A DNA stretch of 63,925 nucleotides, the filler included, from Octopus bimaculoides (taxonomy: Eukaryota), in NCBI RefSeq assembly GCF_001194135.2. It is 12 parts of 12 records of this genome, joined end to end, with 100 filler letters (N's around TTAATTAATTAA, not from the genome) between each part and the next. Parts side by side here need not be neighbours in the genome. Positions count along the whole stretch, not along the records: positions 1 to 4,601 come from NC_068984.1; positions 4,702 to 7,873 come from NC_068985.1; positions 7,974 to 17,259 come from NC_069008.1; 9 more parts are not named here. One strand, given 5' to 3'. The number at the start of each line of letters is the position of its first letter. Position 1 is the stretch's first letter. The translations under genes and the position numbers were made by a program. Below are positions 1 to 10,900 of this stretch, piece by piece. The notes below the pieces were generated by a model. It had not been told where the DNA came from, did not search any database, and worked only from the letters and a program-made list of their open reading frames with translations.

Positions 1-71
<71 letters not shown>
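1..71. repeat. (AAT)n microsatellite
   Basis: Perfect ATA/AAT trinucleotide run directly visible. Confidence 0.97.
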
Positions 72-72
<1 letters not shown>

Positions 73-730
73 TCTACGATAGAGCGGGGGAAACCATTGC
101 CCATATCCCGAACGAACGCCCTAGACTTACCCAAAACCCCTACGGGTTGTGACGACACGATCGGATAGTGAAGGTGCTACATGGGAAAGTGTGCGAAAGA
201 TTGGGGCTAGAGAGAGGCAAGGCGTGGTACGAGCACAAAACCACAGAGAGTGGCAGAGTCGGAGACTAGCAAAATCCTCTGGGATTTCCCAATCCAAACA
301 GATCAGGTGCCAGAGTATAACGGACCGGACCGAGTGGTGGTGGACAAGGCGCACCACGTATGCTATATGGTTGATGTTGCGTGCCCCTTTGACCCATGAA
401 CAGTCAAGAAGGAAGGCGAAAAGATAGATAGATACAACCCTCTTAAGTACGAAATAGCGGAAAATGAAGAAGGTGAAGATAGTGCCAATTATTGTTGGGT
501 CCTTGGGGACAGTATCAGAAGGCACCAAAGAGAATATAAAGGAAATTGGAACAGCAGAGTGCCCAGTAGAACTGTTACAAAAGGTTTACCTCCTTGACAC
601 GGCTAGAATAATCAGGAAAGTGTTAGAGAATTGGAAAGAACGGATAGCATGGTACGGTAGGCTGCACACAGCAAGCCCGCTACGCTTGCAAGACTCCGGG
701 AATTCCAACAAAACCTGTGATAAAAAGAAA
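72..730 (+). mobile_element. 5'-truncated, degraded R4/Dong-clade non-LTR retrotransposon (zinc-knuckle remnant + restriction-like endonuclease + 3' UTR)
   Basis: Across frameshifts reads GETIAH..RHDRIVKVLH..WYEHK..KILWDFPIQTD..VDVACPFD..VPIIVGSLGTV..TARIIRKVL (ORF 464-733), the typical CCHC + REL C-terminus. Confidence 0.85.
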
Positions 731-734
731 TAAT

Positions 735-1035
735 AAGAAGAAGAAGAATTGAGAAATACCAAGATTTAGTGGGAGAGAGATGAGGAGACTGGAAGATGAA
801 GACAAGAATTATCTCTTTGGTAATTGAGGAACTTGGCACTACCCCTAGAATGCTACTGAAAAGACTGTAAGTGATAGGAAGTGAGACTCGCATTGTCAAC
901 CTGCAGAAAAATAGCATCGTATAGTTCTGCAAGAATTCTAAGAACGATTCTTGAGAATTGAGGAGACTTGTTGTCACCAAACTTCAAGATAAAATACCCG
1001 CTAATTAAATCAGCATGTATTAGTTTGAAAAATAA
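735..1035 (+). mobile_element. Second short R4/Dong-type REL 3'-end fragment in tandem
   Basis: Degraded reading of the type KYQDL..EMRRLWKMKTRIISLVIEELGTT..SARILRTILE; followed by AATAATAA. Confidence 0.7.
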
Positions 1036-1054
1036 TAAACATAATGATGATGAC

Positions 1055-1085
<31 letters not shown>

Positions 1086-1225
1086 GGGAAAAGTGCTACA
1101 ACTCTTATATTCGTCATCACTATATTTATCATTATCGTCTTCATATTCATAATTTCTTTTCAACACCTCCACCACCATCACCATCATCATCACCATCACC
1201 ATCATCATCGTCATCATTACCATCG

Positions 1226-1262
<37 letters not shown>

Positions 1263-1338
1263 TATCATCACAATCGTTATCGTCGTCATCTTCATCGCCT
1301 TCATAGTCATAATCTTTCTTTTCAACACCTTTATAGTC

Positions 1339-1371
<33 letters not shown>

Positions 1372-1410
1372 CCATCATCATCATCACCATCTCCACCACC
1401 ACCATGGTGT
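1036..1410. repeat. Compound trinucleotide microsatellite (GAT/GAG/CAT/CGT/CAC)
   Basis: Directly visible; explains the poly-His/Ser/Thr ORFs in the track. Confidence 0.9.
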
Positions 1411-1994
1411 TTACATAATCACACAGTGAAACAGCCATTATCTACTGAAAGCTATCTCTTCTCCAAACAATCTCGCCCCTCGTTCACGAAACCAAAATAT
1501 ATAAATTGCAGGAGATAATAAGCAAGATATTTCCTATGGAATTATAACAAGCAATAACAGTATCACACATACTAATTAAATTCATTAATTATTCAACTAG
1601 TTAATTAATTATGTATGAATCTGTTTTCATTTCGTTGTTAAATAAATCTAAATAAATATTCACAGAAGTCTGTTGAAATTTTAAGACATTTAAAAGTTTA
1701 CGAAAAGATATGCGTTCGGGCATTGGTTGTGGTGATGGGACCTTCGCCAGCATCGACGCTGAGTACTGCACAATCACACAATTATATGGAACGCCCGACT
1801 CAGTTAAAACAGCGAGTTAATTCGCACAATACAAATGCAATCTGTAAGTGTAACAATAAAAATATGCGAGATTTTTCTCAAGTTTAAAACGTGACACTGT
1901 TGTTATCTACATTCCAATGATGAGGTTCGATATCCTAGTTAGAAACGAGCTTCTTCTGCGGAGAATGAATTATAATTAGTAAAAACAGGAAGGG

Positions 1995-2030
<36 letters not shown>

Positions 2031-2276
2031 CGCACGCGCACGTACGCACGCACACGCACGCACGCACACACACACATACACACACACACATGCGCACGCA
2101 TGCAAACACACACACACGCACAAGTTGTTTCTTAATATTCTCTTCGGATTGCTTGAAGCTTACTTTCTTCCTACACCTCGATCCTAAGATTTTACATTTA
2201 TGTGTGAGTGTGTGTGTGTGTGTACATTGTAGTAGTAGTAGTAGTAGTGTTCTTAGTGGTGTAGTATTGCTCTATA

Positions 2277-3069
2277 GGGCTTTCCTATAAGTAGGTTATC
2301 TCCCTTGGCTAGGCGGCGCTCCATGTAGATAATTAAACTTCCGCAGACTACCCACGCCATTGTTATTGTTTTACGTCTTATCATGGATATAAAGCAGCTT
2401 GATGATTCAGCTATCGAAGTACTTACTGTGCCTGAGTTAAAGAAATATTTAAGATTATATGGACAGTATGTTACTGGAAGAAAGGCGGACTTGACTGAAA
2501 GGTTGAAAGGAATAAAAATTCTGTCGATGAAGAATGTCAACAAAGTAAATTCATCGGACGATAAGTCTGAAGTATCGGACGATACTTCAGACAGGAATAA
2601 GCAGAAGCTTATATCTCCTCNNNNNNNNNNNNNNNNNNNNNNNNNNNNNNNNNNNNNNNNNNNNNNNNNNNNNNNNNNNNNNNNNNNNNNNNNNNNNNNN
2701 NNNNNNNAAAGATCTTTGTAAGTTGCCGAATTTCACAGATAATGACATAATTACCTCGTGCTACGGATGAAAGCAAAGCAACAGTTAAAGAGTGGCATAT
2801 TTTACCACGACAGACACGTACACAGCATCGAATACCACGATGTGAGTGAAAGCTGCTCTCACTGTATTGTCCGGTGTCTGGTAATCCCTTCAATACCGAC
2901 ATCAAACCAAAAAAAGAATCCTGACCACAGAGTGTGGGTAATTATGTCAAAGGTCACTGGCAATGTGCATTCAGCTGATTGCAACTGTTAAAGCAAGTCA
3001 CTGAGCATGCGTACATGTCATACGGGAGAGTTCCAATCAGGGGTGGATAACAACCTTATAGGAACCCCC
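2277..3069 (+). mobile_element. Internally deleted TIR DNA transposon carrying SAP-domain and SWIM-type zinc-finger coding remnants (Kolobok-like, tentative)
   Basis: CTATAGGGCTTTCCTATAAG (2272-2291) and CTTATAGGAACCCCCTATAG (3055-3074) are reverse complements at 18/20 positions; TATA on both flanks; ORF 2383 has LTVPELKKYLRLYGQYVTGRKADLTERL (SAP-like); ORF 2758 ends VWVIMSKVTGNVHSADCNC (start of a SWIM-like motif). Confidence 0.7.
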
Positions 3070-3409
3070 TATAGCGATGTAGTACCAGAAGTTTTACAGA
3101 GTTAGTGATTAGCGATAAAAGTGTTAGTATTAGTACAGAATGTGATAGCGTTAACTGAGCTGTGGAGTTTGTTGCTGTAGTAGTAGTAGTAATAGTAGTT
3201 GTGGTGGTGGTGGTGGTGGTGGTGGTGGTGGCGGCGGCGGCGATAGCGAGTCAGAGAACAATTGTGTTATTGTACAAAATACATTTTTAAAGATGAAATG
3301 AGTGTAATATAAATTAGGTACTTGACTCATCTTTATCGCAATATCTCATCCTATAAACGATATTGACATATATGTGTGTTTGTGCGTGTGTGTGTATGAG
3401 TGTGTGTAT

Positions 3410-3443
<34 letters not shown>

Positions 3444-3499
3444 TGCGTGCGTAAGAGAGAAAGCGATATGTGTTAGCGTAGGAGTTTGTTTATATTTTC

Positions 3500-3530
<31 letters not shown>

Positions 3531-4429
3531 CGGAGTAAGTGTGTAGCACTTGGCTGTTTCGGTGGAAGTGCCGAACCGAAATAGATGCAGTCACACAATA
3601 AATATATACACTGCTTTGTTAAGTAAACTCTATGAGTTGGATAGATACAGCAGAAAGCGTTGTTGCGATAGATCGTATGTAAAGATGCCATCTAGGTTAC
3701 ACTGAACGTAGGAACAGTGAGTGTATATAAAGCGCTGATAAGACCCAGTCAGTACATGTTAATTAGACAGACACAGTCTGTAGATATTACAAAGATAGAG
3801 CAGTATATATGTTTCTACAAGTTATTCTTTGGTATTGACAAGACACTGCAAGTCTGGTGGAAGGAAGGGAGTGAGTGTGGTACTCACCCTTAGAGCAAAG
3901 ATCTGGCCTTAAATGCTTGCAACAGAATACATGTGGATTTCCGTCAGTTTCGACGAAGCGGACTCAGTTGTTTAATCAGTTGGATTACCTGTTCAGAATT
4001 ACCTGCTCACTGAATTAGCGTATAAATGGTTGAGTATACTATAGGTTTGGGTGCTATTAATTTAATCCAGTGGCGTAGCTAGAGTGTGTCTGTGTGTCGT
4101 CTGAAGCAGCCCTTGAGTTCGTCGCCCACACGATCACTACTATATATATATAAAATGAGGTAGTTTTAGTGAAGCATTGTGTAATATAACTTCAAAGAAG
4201 GTTGTTGTGTAAGGCCGGAACAATGCGACAAGGTACAAAAGGAAAAGAAAATAGAACAAAGTTGCAGTTTTACCTTGTAGTTCTATATTTCGAGGTTAAG
4301 ATCTCTTCTTCAGGACATTTGGAAAAAGCGGTAGTTGGAAAGAGTCGTTGCTCAGATGTGTGTGTGGGAAGGAGATAGGTAATGAAGGTGGAAGGTGACA
4401 TGCGCAGACTGGTGTTGTTATAGCAACTA

Positions 4430-4601
4430 ATCTGCTTCGTGTAGTTCCTTCCTATTGTTAATGACTGGTCTCAATTTGTCTATAAGGCAGGCCTCCGTGA
4501 TTCTGAGGAAACACCTCAAAAAGTCCCAAACCTAGGATTTTAAAGTTTCCCTTAGGGCAACCCAACGCAACAAGGGCAATCTCAGAATCATGGATGCCCT
4601 T
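4430..4601 (-). mobile_element. Probable Penelope-like GIY-YIG C-terminal remnant
   Basis: Minus strand reads NFKILGLG then, after a frameshift, FLRITEACLIDKLRPVIN, matching the L.I.EA..I....P..N tail of PLE endonucleases. Confidence 0.45.
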
Positions 4602-4701
4602 NNNNNNNNNNNNNNNNNNNNNNNNNNNNNNNNNNNNNNNNNNNNTTAATTAATTAANNNNNNNNNNNNNNNNNNNNNNNNNNNNNNNNNNNNNNNNNNN
4701 N
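4602..4701. other. Artificial contig-join spacer (44N-TTAATTAATTAA-44N). Also at 7874-7973, 17260-17359, 26005-26104, 29677-29776, 45530-45629, 48355-48454, 54454-54553, 57972-58071, 60451-60550, 62613-62712
   Basis: Eleven identical 100-bp units containing a six-frame stop linker. Confidence 0.95.
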
Positions 4702-7700
4702 TATGTATGTATATAGACACACACATATATATATATATATATATGTGTGTGTATACACATGCAGACATTATAAGTGACCATGTGTGTATATGCAAGTGAG
4801 CGATTGGTGTGTGTGTGTCCGTGTCAATATTTATATAGACTGATAAACTCATTATATAGACGTTTAACTTCACACACAACATAAGTAAGAATCTAACCTC
4901 ATTCCTATAAATATTTACATTTGTCTCCTATTAACGGCGGAATTTTGAATTTGTAAATAACAATAACAACAGCAGAAGCACAAACAAGCGACGACACCAA
5001 TAACAAACGACCGTAACAATAAGGGTAAGACAAGCAATAGAATCTGCTGCAGTGGATTGAGGAACAACACACATAAATACACACACACACAGACGCACAC
5101 ACACACACACACACAGACGCACACACAGAGTCGTCAGTAACCTTTCATCTCTTCCTGCTTTCTGTTAATGTGTTTTTATTCAAAGAGGTTATATGAAATT
5201 GTCAATACAAGTGTGTGTGTGGTTGGGTAACAATTATTTATAAACCAGATAACTATATATATATTTGAATAAAGATGTATATGCGTATATNNNNNNNNNN
5301 NNNNNNNNNNNNNNNNNNNNNNNNNNNNNNNNNNNNNNNNNNNNNNNNNNNNNNNNNNNNNNNNNNNNNNNNNNNNNNNNNNNNNNNNNNNNNNNNNNNN
5401 NNNNNNNNNNNNNNNNNNNNNNNNNNNNNNNNNNNNNNNNNNNNNNNNNNNNNNNNNNNNNNNNNNNNNNNNNNNNNNNNNNNNNNNNNNNNNNNNNNNN
5501 NNNNNNNNNNNNNNNNNNNNNNNNNNNNNNNNNNNNNNNNNNNNNNNNNNNNNNNNNNNNNNNNNNNNNNNNNNNNNNNNNNNNNNNNNNNNNNNNNNNN
5601 NNNNNNNNNNNNNNNNNNNNNNNNNNNNNNNNNNNNNNNNNNNNNNNNNNNNNNNNNNNNNNNNNNNNNNNNNNNNNNNNNNNNNNNNNNNNNNNNNNNN
5701 NNNNNNNNNNNNNNNNNNNNNNNNNNNNNNNNNNNNNNNNNNNNNNNNNNNNNNNNNNNNNNNNNNNNNNNNNNNNNNNNNNNNNNNNNNNNNNNNNNNN
5801 NNNNNNNNNNNNNNNNNNNNNNNNNNNNNNNNNNNNNNNNNNNNNNNNNNNNNNNNNNNNNNNNNNNNNNNNNNNNNNNNNNNNNNNNNNNNNNNNNNNN
5901 NNNNNNNNNNNNNNNNNNNNNNNNNNNNNNNNNNNNNNNNNNNNNNNNNNNNNNNNNNNNNNNNNNNNNNNNNNNNNNNNNNNNNNNNNNNNNNNNNNNN
6001 NNNNNNNNNNNNNNNNNNNNNNNNNNNNNNNNNNNNNNNNNNNNNNNNNNNNNNNNNNNNNNNNNNNNNNNNNNNNNNNNNNNNNNNNNNNNNNNNNNNN
6101 NNNNNNNNNNNNNNNNNNNNNNNNNNNNNNNNNNNNNNNNNNNNNNNNNNNNNNNNNNNNNNNNNNNNNNNNNNNNNNNNNNNNNNNNNNNNNNNNNNNN
6201 NNNNNACCACCACCACCACCATCACCACCATCACCACCACCACCACCATCATCATCATCACCACCACCACCACCACCACCACTTTCTATCGCAACCAGTC
6301 TTATAGCTTGAAGATGGTAGCACTTCTGTTTCACCATCAAAATTCCTTGTCTTCTGCGAAGCGGCACCAATCTTTGGTAGATTTCTTTGACACAATCCAC
6401 GTGTAGACATCATCGCAGTGATAAGAGAGATCAGACTTTTAGATTAACATGTAAAGCAACTAATCTTAGCATCTGTCCCAGATCTTCCCAAGTTATTTTA
6501 CATGAATTTGGATAGCAACCCCCCCCCCACACACACACACACTCACACATATATACACACATATATGTGTGAGGTTTTGTATGTGTGTTTAGGTGTGTAC
6601 GCATAGAAATATATAAACATATGCATATATGTATATATGTATGCATAGGATGCGCGTGAACGATTGTAGGTGAACATCCTTTTATGTAGGTAAGATATAT
6701 ATAAATATATATACATATATATATGCGTGTGTATGTATATGTATGTGTATGTACTAATGCATATGTATGTGTGTCTGTGTGTGTGCGTGCGTGCATATGT
6801 GTGTGTGTGTGTGTGCGTGCGTATGTGTATGTGTATCCTGCATCAGCGGCTCGTGTGCTGCACTGAGACAACCGTCTCGGTCGAACGCCCTTATTCCAAG
6901 ATGGTTACATCAGTTCCACGTATGAGCTACCTTGTCGGAAAGACTAAAAGAATCGAAGCTCTTCTCTCGGGAGCGATGACGTCAAAGATATGCGGTGAAA
7001 TATATACATGCAGAAGATTCTGGAGAATCTAGCGCCTAACTTTAGAATTGCAGGCTTCACCAATTCCCGAAATGGACACCACTTTATTGTAACACTGTTC
7101 CCACCCGATTCATCTAGAGCAGTGCCCCTCCCCGTCCACTTGGTACCCAGGCCACATTCCTAGCTCCACACTCCACTCATCACCACAAACAGATCACTTT
7201 CATTTTCTACAATAAATTCAAAACAACTGCATTTCACAAATAAAGCTTAACCTAATCAACCCATAATTTTGTTGTTTTTACAACCATCGCTCCCTTTTGG
7301 CCATCCCATTGTCGCACCACTTTCCTTCATCGCCTCCTGGATTTTTCCATCGCTTCCAGTGTGGCAGTAACGTCCGCTTTGGGAACCACTGATCTAGAAT
7401 AATGTAACAATACTTTAACAACGTTGTGTTCAGGGGCCCACAGTTTTTCAATATCTTGTCCAAAAAAAATCTCAAACATCTGCGTGATGTATTCTAAAGG
7501 AACTTCGACAAATTTTAATTTCGAGATTGGCAGAGGGATTCTCATTACGGTAAGGAATGGATATAAAAGTTGTGTTGCCCATGTTCTAAATTCACCCAAA
7601 TTAAACACGTAGAGTGCCAAAGAAATTAAATGAAAGAAACTAATTATAGAGTTGTCCTTGATATTAGTCAAAAATTAGACCATATATATATATATATATA

Positions 7701-7702
7701 TA

Positions 7703-7873
7703 TAGGCGCAGGCATGGCTTTGTGGTAAGAAGCTTGCTTCCCAACCACATGGTTCTGGATTCAGTCCCACTGCATGGCACTATAGGCAGCTGTCTTCTAC
7801 TATAGCCCCGGGCCGACCAAAGCCCTGTGAATGGATTTGGTAGACGGAAACTAAAAGAAGCCCGTCGTATATA
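7703..7873 (+). mobile_element. tRNA-derived SINE family A, 5' half
   Basis: A-box-like TGGCTTTGTGGT and B-box-like GGATTCAGTCCC; same body as 32288-32654 and 43380-43780. Confidence 0.85.
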
Positions 7874-7973
7874 NNNNNNNNNNNNNNNNNNNNNNNNNNN
7901 NNNNNNNNNNNNNNNNNTTAATTAATTAANNNNNNNNNNNNNNNNNNNNNNNNNNNNNNNNNNNNNNNNNNNN

Positions 7974-10900
7974 AACGAACGAACATATGTACGAAAGAAC
8001 GAACGTACGTACGAACGAAGGAACGAACGTTCGTCCGTACGTACGTACGTAGGAAAGAACGAACGAACAAACGAACGTACGTACGTAAGAAAGAACGATC
8101 GAACGAAGGAACGTATGTACGTAAGTACATACGAACGAACGAATTAACGAACGAACGAACGCACGTATGAACGCACGAACGAACGTACGTACGAACGAAA
8201 AAACAAACGAACGAACGAAGGAATGAACGAACGTTCGTACGTATTACGTAGGAAGGGAATAAGGAAAGAACGTATTTACGTACGAACGAAAGAACGAAGG
8301 CATGAACGAACAAGCAAACGTACGTACGAACGAATGAACGAACGAAATAACGAAGGAATGAACGCATGAGCAAACGAAATATCGAACGAACGATCGAACG
8401 GACGTAGTTACGAACGAACGTTTATACGAACGAACGATCGAAAGAACGTACGTAGGTACGAACGAACGAACGAACGTATAAACGAAAGATTGAACGAAAG
8501 AACGTAGGCATGTACGTAAGAACGAACGTACGCATGTAAGTATGTACGAACGAACGAACGAAAGAACATATGTACGAAAGAACGAACGTACGTACGAACG
8601 AAGGAACGAACGTTCGTCCGTACGTAGGAAAGAACGAACGAACGTATGTACGTACGAACGAATGAATGAACGAACGAACTATTGAACGAACGAACGTATG
8701 TACAAACGGACGAAAGAACGTATGTACGAATTAACAAACAAACGAACGAACGAACGAACAAACGAACGTACGTAAGTATGAGTGAACGAACGAATGAATG
8801 AACGATCGTACGTATTACGTAGGCAGGGAATAAGGAAAGAACGTATGTACGTACAAACGAACGAATGAATGAACGAACGAAAGAACGAACGAGCAAACGT
8901 ACGTACGAACGAGTGAACGTACGTACGTACCAACGAACGACCGAACTAACGAACGAACAAACGAAAGAACGAACGAAAAAACGAACGAAAGATCGAACGA
9001 ACGAAATATCGAACGAAGGTACGTACGAACGAACGACCGAACAAAAGAACAAATAAACGAACGAATGAATGATCGAACGAACGTACGTACGTACAGACGA
9101 ACGTACGTACGAATGAACGTATGTACGAACGAACGAATGATTGAACGAACGAACGAACGTACGAATGCACGTACGACCGAACGAACGTACGTACGTACGA
9201 AGCACCGAACGAAAGAACGAACGAAAGATCGAACAAAAGAACGAACGAACGTATGTACGAACGAACGAACGACCGAACAAAAGAATGAACGAACGAATGA
9301 ATGATCGAACGAACAAAAGAACAAACGAACGTACGTACAAACGAACGTATGTACGAACAAACAAACGAACGTACGCATGTACGTAAGTACGAAGGAACGA
9401 ACCTTCGTCCATACGTAGGAAAGAACGAACGAACAAACGAACGTACGTAAGAAAGAACGATCGAACGAACGGACGTATATACGTAAGTACGTACGAAAGA
9501 ACGAATGAACGAACTATTGAATGAACGAATGTACGTACGTACGAACGAACGTACGTACGAACAAACAAACAAACGAACGAACGTACGTACGAGTGAACGA
9601 ACGAATGAACGAACGATCGAGCAAACGTACGTACGAACGAGTGAACGTACGTACGTACGAACGAGTGAACGTACGTACGTACGAACGACCGACCGAACTA
9701 ACGAACGATTGAACCGAACGAACGTACGCATGTACGTATGAACGAACGAACGTACGTACGTACGAGTGAACGTACGTGCGTCCGAACGACCGAACTAACG
9801 AACGAACAAGCGAATGAACGTACGTGCGTACGACCGAACGAACGAACGTACGTACGAAGCAACGAACGTATGTAGATATGCACGAACGAACGATCAAACG
9901 CACGTACGAATGAACGAAATAACGAACGCATGAACGAATGAAATATCGAACGAACGTAGGCATGTACGTAAGAACGAACGTACGTACGTACGTACGTACA
10001 AATGACCGAACGAACGTACGTACGAAAGAACGCACGAACGTACGTAAGTATGTACGAACGAACGATCGAACGAAGAAATGGACGAAAGAACGAACGTACG
10101 TACNNNNNNNNNNNNNNNNNNNNNNNNNNNNNNNNNNNNNNNNNNNNNNNNNNNNNNNNNNNNNNNNNNNNNNNNNNNNNNNNNNNNNNNNNNNNNNNNN
10201 NNNNNNNNNNNNNNNNNNNNNNNNNNNNNNNNNNNNNNNNNNNNNNNNNNNNNNNNNNNNNNNNNNNNNNNNNNNNNNNNNNNNNNNNNNNNNNNNNNNN
10301 NNNNNNNNNNNNNNNNNNNNNNNNNNNNNNNNNNNNNNNNNNNNNNNNNNNNNNNNNNNNNNNNNNNNNNNNNNNNNNNNNNNNNNNNNNNNNNNNNNNN
10401 NNNNNNNNNNNNNNNNNNNNNNNNNNNNNNNNNNNNNNNNNNNNNNNNNNNNNNNNNNNNNNNNNNNNNNNNNNNNNNNNNNNNNNNNNNNNNNNNNNNN
10501 NNNNNNNNNNNNNNNNNNNNNNNNNNNNNNNNNNNNNNNNNNNNNNNNNNNNNNNNNNNNNNNNNNNNNNNNNNNNNNNNNNNNNNNNNNNNNNNNTGTA
10601 CGAACGAACGATCGAACGAAGAAATGGACGAAAGAACGAACGTACGTACGAACGAAGGAACGAACGAACAAATCAACGTACGTACGTACGTAAGAAAGAA
10701 AGATCGAACGAACGTATGTACGTACGAACGAATGAATGAACGAACGAACGTACAACCAAACGAACGAACGAACGTACGAGTGAACGAACGAATGAACGAA
10801 CGTTCGTACGTAGGCAGGGAATAAGGAAAGAACGTATGTACCTACGAATGAACGAAGGAATGAACGAACGAGTGAACGGAAGTACGTACAAAAGAACTAA

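Noticed and set aside
968-1418. Poly-His/Ser/Thr/Gln/Gly ORFs (also at 21002-21299, 43888-44346, 47936-48710)
   Set aside because: Trinucleotide microsatellites, with no domain or splice context.
1915-1952. Hammerhead-like ATGATGAGG..GAAACGAGC
   Set aside because: The first core base is wrong, stem II does not close next to GAAA, and there is no NUH with a valid stem III.
5176-6400. Long ORFs spanning N runs (also at 42287-43040, 47342-47912, 52820-53905, 55598-56527)
   Set aside because: They consist almost entirely of X from assembly gaps.
7278-7391. hAT-like terminus (TTGGGAACCACTG); also CAGTGGCGTAGC at about 4068
   Set aside because: Only one end found, with no partner TIR or TSD, so no element could be delimited.
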